Below, piece by piece: positions 54,501 to 64,000 of a stretch of DNA of 64,000 bases. The notes under the pieces are model-generated. The model was not told the DNA's origin and ran no database searches. It worked only from the letters and a program-made list of their open reading frames with translations. How positions within the stretch are numbered: the first letter of the stretch is position 1; each line of letters opens with the position of its first letter. The stretch is from Auanema rhodensis (Eukaryota > Animalia > Nematoda), in the NCBI GenBank assembly GCA_964057225.1, contig OZ059894.1, forward strand, positions 17,980,001 to 18,044,000, given 5' to 3'. A program made the position numbers and the translations under genes.

Positions 54501-57500
54501 TTTAATTAGCATAAATTGAAGTTCACGTAAATTTCAAAGTCATGGTTACCATGCACCTATATCAATAAAAATTTGTTTTCAGTCTAATATGGAAATGGGG
54601 AATCTAATTTTGAAAACCGCATCTCTTTATCTTTTACGGGAAACGAGTTACATACCATGTGTACATCACGTGTACATTTAATTAGCATAAATTAAAGTTC
54701 ACGTAAATTTCAAAGTCATGGTTACTATGCACCTATAACAATAAAAATTTGTTTTTAGTCTAATATGGCCATGGGGAATCTAATTTTGAAAACGGCATCT
54801 CTTCATCTTTGAGTTACATACCATGTGTACATCACGTGTACATTTAATTAGCATAAATTAAAGTTCACGTAAATTTCAAAGTTATGGTTACCATGCACCT
54901 ATATCAATAAAAATTTGTTTTCAGTCTAATATGGAAATGGGGAATCTAATTTTGAAAACCGCATCTCTTTATCTTTTACGGGAAGCGAGTTACATATCAT
55001 GTGCTCATCACGTGTACATTTAATTAGCATAAATTAAAGTTCACGTAAATTTCAAAGTTATGGTTACCATGCACCTATATCAATAAAAATTTGTTTTCAG
55101 TCTAATATGGCCATGGGGAATCTAATTTTGAAAACGGCATCTCTTTATCTTTTACGGGAAACGAGTTACATACCATGTGCACATCACGTGTACATTTAAT
55201 TAGCATAAATTAAAATTCACGTAAATTTCAAAGTCATGGTTACTATGCGCCTATATCAATAAAAATTGGTTTTTAGACTAATATGGCCATGGGGAGTGTA
55301 ATTTTGAAAACCACATCTCTTTATCTTTTACGGGAAGCGAGTTACATATCATGTGTTCATCACGTGTACATTTAATTAGCATAAATTGAAGTTCACGTAA
55401 ATTTCAAAGTCATGGTTACCATGCACCTATATCAATAAAAATTTGTTTTCAGTCTAATATGGAAATGGGGAATCTAATTTTGAAAACCGCATCTCTTTAT
55501 CTTTTACGGGAAACGAGTTACATACCATGTGTACATCACGTGTACATTTAATTAGCATAAATTAAAGTTCACGTAAATTTCAAAGTCATGGTTACTATGC
55601 ACCTATAACAATAAAAATTTGTTTTTAGTCTAATATGGCCATGGGGAATCTAATTTTGAAAACGGCATCTCTTCATCTTTGAGTTACATACCATGTGTAC
55701 ATCACGTGTACATTTAATTAGCATAAATTAAAGTTCACGTAAATTTCAAAGTTATGGTTACCATGCACCTATATCAATAAAAATTTGTTTTCAGTCTAAT
55801 ATGGAAATGGGGAATCTAATTTTGAAAACCGCATCTCTTTATCTTTTACGGGAAGCGAGTTACATATCATGTGCTCATCACGTGTACATTTAATTAGCAT
55901 AAATTAAAGTTCACGTAATATTCAAAGTTATGGTTACCATGCACCTATATCAATAAAAATTTGTTTTCAGTCTAATATGGAAATGGGGAATCTAATTTTG
56001 AAAACCGCATCTCTTTATCTTTTACGGGAAACGAGTTACATACCATGTGCACATCACGTGTACATTTAATTAGCATAAATTAAAGTTCACGTAAATTTCA
56101 AAGTCATGGTTACCATGCACCTATATCAATAGAAATTTGTTTTTAGACTAATATTAACATGGGGAATCTAATTTTGAAAACCGCATCTCTTTATCTTTTA
56201 CGGGAAGCGAGTTACATATCATGTGCTCATCACGTGTACATTTAATTAGCATAAATTAAAGTTCACGTAAATTTCAAAGTTATGGTTACCATGCACCTAT
56301 ATCAATAAAAATTTGTTTTCAGTCTAATATGGCCATGGGGAATCTAATTTTGAAAACGGCATCTCTTTATCTTTTACGGGAAACGAGTTACATACCATGT
56401 GCACATCACGTGTACATTTAATTAGCATAAATTAAAATTCACGTAAATTTCAAAGTCATGGTTACTATGCGCCTATATCAATAAAAATTGGTTTTTAGAC
56501 TAATATGGCCATGGGGAGTGTAATTTTGAAAACCACATCTCTTTATCTTTTACGGGAAGCGAGTTACATATCATGTGTTCATCACGTGTACATTTAATTA
56601 GCATAAATTGAAGTTCACGTAAATTTCAAAGTCATGGTTACCATGCACCTATATCAATAAAAATTTGTTTTCAGTCTAATATGGAAATGGGGAATCTAAT
56701 TTTGAAAACCGCATCTCTTTATCTTTTACGGGAAACGAGTTACATACCATGTGTACATCACGTGTACATTTAATTAGCATAAATTAAAGTTCACGTAAAT
56801 TTCAAAGTCATGGTTACTATGCACCTATAACAATAAAAATTTGTTTTTAGTCTAATATGGCCATGGGGAATCTAATTTTGAAAACGGCATCTCTTCATCT
56901 TTGAGTTACATACCATGTGTACATCACGTGTACATTTAATTAGCATAAATTAAAGTTCACGTAAATTTCAAAGTTATGGTTACCATGCACCTATATCAAT
57001 AAAAATTTGTTTTCAGTCTAATATGGAAATGGGGAATCTAATTTTGAAAACCGCATCTCTTTATCTTTTACGGGAAGCGAGTTACATATCATGTGCTCAT
57101 CACGTGTACATTTAATTAGCATAAATTAAAGTTCACGTAAATTTCAAAGTTATGGTTACCATGCACCTATATCAATAAAAATTTGTTTTCAGTCTAATAT
57201 GGAAATGGGGAATCTAATTTTGAAAACCGCATCTCTTTATCTTTTACGGGAAACGAGTTACATACCATGTGCACATCACGTGTACATTTAATTAGCATAA
57301 ATTAAAGTTCACGTAAATTTCAAAGTCATGGTTACCATGCACCTATATCAATAGAAATTTGTTTTTAGACTAATATTAACATGGGGAATCTAATTTTGAA
57401 AACCGCATCTCTTTATCTTTTACGGGAAGCGAGTTACATATCATGTGCTCATCACGTGTACATTTAATTAGCATAAATTAAAGTTCACGTAAATTTCAAA

Positions 57501-60500
57501 GTTATGGTTACCATGCACCTATATCAATAAAAATTTGTTTTCAGTCTAATATGGCCATGGGGAATCTAATTTTGAAAACGGCATCTCTTTATCTTTTACG
57601 GGAAACGAGTTACATACCATGTGCACATCACGTGTACATTTAATTAGCATAAATTAAAATTCACGTAAATTTCAAAGTCATGGTTACTATGCGCCTATAT
57701 CAATAAAAATTGGTTTTTAGACTAATATTAACATGGGGAATCTAATTTTGAAAACCGCATCTCTTTATCTTTTACGGGAAGCGAGTTACATATCATGTGT
57801 TCATCACGTGTACATTTAATTAGCATAAATTGAAGTTCACGTAAATTTCAAAGTCATGGTTACCATGCACCTATATCAATAAAAATTTGTTTTCAGTCTA
57901 ATATGGAAATGGGGAATCTAATTTTGAAAACCGCATCTCTTTATCTTTTACGGGAAACGAGTTACATACCATGTGTACATCACGTGTACATTTAATTAGC
58001 ATAAATTAAAGTTCACGTAATATTCAAAGTCATGGTTACTATGCACCTATAACAATAGAAATTTGTTTTTAGACTAATATTAACATGGGGAATCTAATTT
58101 TGAAAACCGCATCTCTTCATCTTTGAGTTACATACCATGTGTACATCACGTGTACATTTAATTAGCATAAATTAAAGTTCACGTAAATTTCAAAGTTATG
58201 GTTACCATGCACCTATATCAATAAAAATTTGTTTTCAGTCTAATATGGAAATGGGGAATCTAATTTTGAAAACCGCATCTCTTTATCTTTTACGGGAAAC
58301 GAGTTACATACCATGTGCACATCACGTGTACATTTAATTAGCATAAATTAAAGTTCACGTAAATTTCAAAGTCATGGTTACCATGCACCTATATCAATAG
58401 AAATTTGTTTTTAGACTAATATTAACATGGGGAATCTAATTTTGAAAACCGCATCTCTTTATCTTTTACGGGAAGCGAGTTACATATCATGTGCTCATCA
58501 CGTGTACATTTAATTAGCATAAATTAAAGTTCACGTAATATTCAAAGTTATGGTTACCATGCACCTATATCAATAAAAATTTGTTTTCAGTCTAATATGG
58601 AAATGGGGAATCTAATTTTGAAAACCGCATCTCTTTATCTTTTACGGGAAACGAGTTACATACCATGTGCACATCACGTGTACATTTAATTAGCATAAAT
58701 TAAAGTTCACGTAAATTTCAAAGTCATGGTTACCATGCACCTATATCAATAGAAATTTGTTTTTAGACTAATATTAACATGGGGAATCTAATTTTGAAAA
58801 CCGCATCTCTTTATCTTTTACGGGAAGCGAGTTACATATCATGTGCTCATCACGTGTACATTTAATTAGCATAAATTAAAGTTCACGTAAATTTCAAAGT
58901 CATCGTTACCATGCACCTATATCAATAAAAATTTGTTTTCAGTCTAATATGGAAATGGGGAATCTAATTTTGAAAACCGCATCTCTTTATCTTTTACGGG
59001 AAACGAGTTACATACCATGTGCACATCACGTGTACATTTAATTAGCATAAATTAAAATTCATGTAAATTTCAAAGTCATGGTTACCATGCACCTATATCA
59101 ATAGAAATTTGTTTTCAGACTAATATTAACATGGGGAATCTTATTTTGAAAACCGCATCTCTTTATCTTTTACGGGAAACGAGTTACATACCATGTGCAC
59201 ATCACGTGTACATTTAATTAGCATAAATTAAAATTCATGTAAATTTCAAAGTCATGGTTACCATGCACCTATATCAATAGAAATTTGTTTTCAGACTAAT
59301 ATTAACATGGGGAATCTAATTTTGAAAACGGCATCTCTTTATCTTTTACGGGAAACGAGTTACATACCATGTGCACATCACGTGTACATTTAATTAGCAT
59401 AAATTAAAATTCACGTAAATTTCAAAGTCATGGATACCATGCACCTATATCAATAGAAATTTGTTTTTAGACTAATATTAACATGGGGAATCTAATTTTG
59501 AAAACCGCATCTCTTTATCTTTTACGGGAAGCGAGTTACATACCATGTGCACATCACGTGTACATTTAATTAGCATAAATTAAGGTTCACGTAAATTTCA
59601 AAGTCATGGTTACCATGCACCTATATGAATAAAAATTCGTTTTTAGTCTAATATGGCCATGGGGAATCTAATTTTGAAAACGGCATCTCTTCATCTTTGA
59701 GTTACATACCATGTGTACATCACGTGTACATTTAATTAGCATAAATTAAAGTTCACGTAAATTTAAAAATCATGGTTACCATGCGCCTATATCAATGAAA
59801 ATTGGTTTTTAGACTAATATGGCCATGGGGAGTGTAATTTTGAAAACCACATCTCTTTATCTTTTACGGGCAGCGAGTTACATATCATGTGCACATCACG
59901 TGTACATTTAATTAGCATAAAATAAAGTTCACGTAAATTTCAAAGTCATGGTTACCATGCACCAGTATCAATAAAAGTTCGTTTTTAGACTAATATGGCC
60001 ATGGGGAGTGTAATTTTGAAAACCACATCTCTTTATCTTTTACGGGAAGCGAGTTACATATCATGTGCACATCACGTGTACATTTAATTAGCATAAATTA
60101 AAGTTCACGTAAATTTCAAAGTCATGGTTACCATGCACCAGTATCAATAGAAATTTGTTTTTGGACTAATATGGCCATGGGGAATGTAATTTTGAAAACC
60201 GCATCTCTTTATCTTTTACGGGAAGCGAGTTACATACCATGTGTACATCACGTGTACATTTAATTAGCATAAATTAAAGTTCACGTAAATTTCAAAGTCA
60301 TGGTTACCATGCACCTATATCAATAAAAGTTCGTTTTTAGACTAATATGGCCATGGGGAGTGTAATTTTGAAAACCACATCTCTTTATCTTTTACGGGAA
60401 GCGAGTTACATATCATGTGCACATCACGTGTACATTTAATTAGCATAAATTAAAGTTCACGTAAATTTCAAAGTCATGGTTACCATGCACCAGTATCAAT

Positions 60501-63500
60501 AGAAATTTGTTTTTGGACTAATATGGCCATGGGGAATGTAATTTTGAAAACCGCATCTCTTTATCTTTTACGGGAAGCGAGTTACATACCATGTGTACAT
60601 CACGTGTACATTTAATTAGCATAAATTAAAGTTCACGTAAATTTCAAAGTCATGGTTACCATGCACCTATATCAATAAAAGTTCGTTTTTAGACTAATAT
60701 GGCCATGGGGAGTGTAATTTTGAAAACCACATCTCTTTATCTTTTACGGGAAGCGAGTTACATATCATGTGCACATCACGTGTACATTTAATTAGCATAA
60801 ATTAAAGTTCACGTAAATTTCAAAGTCATGGTTACCATGCACCAGTATCAATAGAAATTTGTTTTTGGACTAATATGGCCATGGGGAATCTAATTTTGAA
60901 AACCGCATCTCTTTATCTTTTACGGGAAGCGAGTTACATACCATGTGTACATCACGTGTACATTTAATTAGCATAAATTAAAGTTCACGTAAATTTCAAA
61001 GTCATGGTTACCATGCGCCTATATCAATAAAAATTGGTTTTTAGATTAATATGGCCATGGGGAGTGTAATTTTGAAAACCACATCTCTTTATCTTTTACG
61101 GGAAGCGAGTTACATATCATGTGCACATCACGTGTACATTTAATTAGCATAAATTAAAGTTCACGTAAATTTCAAAGTCATGGTTACCATGCACCAGTAT
61201 CAATAGAAATTTGTTTTTGGACTAATATGGCCATGGGGAATGTAATTTTGAAAACCGCATCTCTTTATCTTTTACGGGAAGCGAGTTACATACCATGTGT
61301 ACATCACGTGTACATTTAATTAGCATAAATTAAAGTTCACGTAAATTTCAAAGTCATGGTTACCATGCACCTATATCAATAAAAGTTCGTTTTTAGACTA
61401 ATATGGCCATGGGGAGTGTAATTTTGAAAACCACATCTCTTTATCTTTTACGGGAAGCGAGTTACATATCATGTGCACATCACGTGTACATTTAATTAGC
61501 ATAAATTAAAGTTCACGTAAATTTAAAAATCATGGTTACCATGCGCCTATATCAATGAAAATTGGTTTTTAGACTAATATGGCCATGGGGAGTGTAATTT
61601 TGAAAACCACATCTCTTTATCTTTTACGGGAAGCGAGTTACATATCATGTGCACATCACGTGTACATTTAATTAGCATAAATTAAAGTTCACGTAAATTT
61701 CAAAGTCATCGTTACCATGCACCTATATCAATAAAAATTTGTTTTCAGTCTAATATGGAAATGGGGAATCTAATTTTGAAAACCGCATCTCTTTATCTTT
61801 TACGGGAAACGAGTTACATACCATGTGCACATCACGTGTACATTTAATTAGCATAAATTAAAATTCATGTAAATTTCAAAGTCATGGTTACCATGCACCT
61901 ATATCAATAGAAATTTGTTTTCAGACTAATATTAACATGGGGAATCTTATTTTGAAAACCGCATCTCTTTATCTTTTACGGGAAACGAGTTACATACCAT
62001 GTGCACATCACGTGTACATTTAATTAGCATAAATTAAAATTCATGTAAATTTCAAAGTCATGGTTACCATGCACCTATATCAATAGAAATTTGTTTTCAG
62101 ACTAATATTAACATGGGGAATCTAATTTTGAAAACGGCATCTCTTTATCTTTTACGGGAAACGAGTTACATACCATGTGCACATCACGTGTACATTTAAT
62201 TAGCATAAATTAAAATTCACGTAAATTTCAAAGTCATGGATACCATGCACCTATATCAATAGAAATTTGTTTTTAGACTAATATTAACATGGGGAATCTA
62301 ATTTTGAAAACCGCATCTCTTTATCTTTTACGGGAAGCGAGTTACATACCATGTGCACATCACGTGTACATTTAATTAGCATAAATTAAGGTTCACGTAA
62401 ATTTCAAAGTCATGGTTACCATGCACCTATATGAATAAAAATTCGTTTTTAGTCTAATATGGCCATGGGGAATCTAATTTTGAAAACGGCATCTCTTCAT
62501 CTTTGAGTTACATACCATGTGTACATCACGTGTACATTTAATTAGCATAAATTAAAGTTCACGTAAATTTAAAAATCATGGTTACCATGCGCCTATATCA
62601 ATGAAAATTGGTTTTTAGACTAATATGGCCATGGGGAGTGTAATTTTGAAAACCACATCTCTTTATCTTTTACGGGCAGCGAGTTACATATCATGTGCAC
62701 ATCACGTGTACATTTAATTAGCATAAAATAAAGTTCACGTAAATTTCAAAGTCATGGTTACCATGCACCAGTATCAATAAAAGTTCGTTTTTAGACTAAT
62801 ATGGCCATGGGGAGTGTAATTTTGAAAACCACATCTCTTTATCTTTTACGGGAAGCGAGTTACATATCATGTGCACATCACGTGTACATTTAATTAGCAT
62901 AAATTAAAGTTCACGTAAATTTCAAAGTCATGGTTACCATGCACCAGTATCAATAGAAATTTGTTTTTGGACTAATATGGCCATGGGGAATGTAATTTTG
63001 AAAACCGCATCTCTTTATCTTTTACGGGAAGCGAGTTACATACCATGTGTACATCACGTGTACATTTAATTAGCATAAATTAAAGTTCACGTAAATTTCA
63101 AAGTCATGGTTACCATGCACCTATATCAATAAAAGTTCGTTTTTAGACTAATATGGCCATGGGGAGTGTAATTTTGAAAACCACATCTCTTTATCTTTTA
63201 CGGGAAGCGAGTTACATATCATGTGCACATCACGTGTACATTTAATTAGCATAAATTAAAGTTCACGTAAATTTCAAAGTCATGGTTACCATGCACCAGT
63301 ATCAATAGAAATTTGTTTTTGGACTAATATGGCCATGGGGAATGTAATTTTGAAAACCGCATCTCTTTATCTTTTACGGGAAGCGAGTTACATACCATGT
63401 GTACATCACGTGTACATTTAATTAGCATAAATTAAAGTTCACGTAAATTTCAAAGTCATGGTTACCATGCACCTATATCAATAAAAGTTCGTTTTTAGAC

Positions 63501-64000
63501 TAATATGGCCATGGGGAGTGTAATTTTGAAAACCACATCTCTTTATCTTTTACGGGAAGCGAGTTACATATCATGTGCACATCACGTGTACATTTAATTA
63601 GCATAAATTAAAGTTCACGTAAATTTCAAAGTCATGGTTACCATGCACCAGTATCAATAGAAATTTGTTTTTGGACTAATATGGCCATGGGGAATCTAAT
63701 TTTGAAAACCGCATCTCTTTATCTTTTACGGGAAGCGAGTTACATACCATGTGTACATCACGTGTACATTTAATTAGCATAAATTAAAGTTCACGTAAAT
63801 TTCAAAGTCATGGTTACCATGCGCCTATATCAATAAAAATTGGTTTTTAGATTAATATGGCCATGGGGAGTGTAATTTTGAAAACCACATCTCTTTATCT
63901 TTTACGGGAAGCGAGTTACATATCATGTGCACATCACGTGTACATTTAATTAGCATAAATTAAAGTTCACGTAAATTTCAAAGTCATGGTTACCATGCAC
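24569..64000 (+). repeat. Satellite DNA tandem array of 176-bp and 166-bp monomers, about 230 copies in the window, running off the right edge
   Basis: The period measured from the TCACGTAAATTTC anchor is 176 (24569 to 24745) or 166 (25801 to 25967). Approximate consensus: TCACGTAAATTTCAAAGTCATGGTTACCATGCACCTATATCAATAAAAATTTGTTTTTAGTCTAATATGGCCATGGGGAATCTAATTTTGAAAACCGCATCTCTTTATCTTTTACGGGAAGCGAGTTACATACCATGTGCACATCACGTGTACATTTAATTAGCATAAATTAAAGT. The ORF track has no entry starting within the array. Confidence 0.99.

Noticed and set aside
24569-64000. CRISPR array or tandem RNA-gene cluster (5S, SL1, tRNA)
   Set aside because: There are no unique spacers and the units are homologous end to end. 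I could not see an SL1 leader, 5S sequence, A/B boxes or a cloverleaf. The context is eukaryotic.

Overview
AT-rich eukaryotic DNA with nematode hallmarks: introns of about 40-55 bp, TTTCAG-type acceptors and TTAGGC telomere units. The window has three parts. (1) 1-23.5 kb is unique sequence: about 11 kb with no convincing gene, a spliced CDC25 phosphatase gene (11201-14995, +), a weak candidate small gene (17.2-18.9 kb) and a 23-exon M13 neprilysin-family metallopeptidase gene (19876-23357, +). (2) 23.48-24.57 kb is a complex junction. It holds a fold-back inverted repeat (405-bp arms, 157-bp spacer). Each arm carries a head-to-head telomere-unit palindrome (TTAGGC-NNN-GCCTAA) and a 53-bp piece of the neighbouring satellite. 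Short reverse-complement templated inserts follow, one copied from inside the neprilysin gene 3 kb away. (3) 24569-64000 is one uninterrupted, single-orientation satellite array of about 230 monomers in two size classes (176 and 166 bp), with multi-kb higher-order duplications. The best candidate for a hidden system is a programmed-DNA-elimination / telomere-healing break site, present twice, at the gene-satellite boundary. That is an inference and needs soma-versus-germline read data. Most ORFs in the supplied track are exon fragments or noise.
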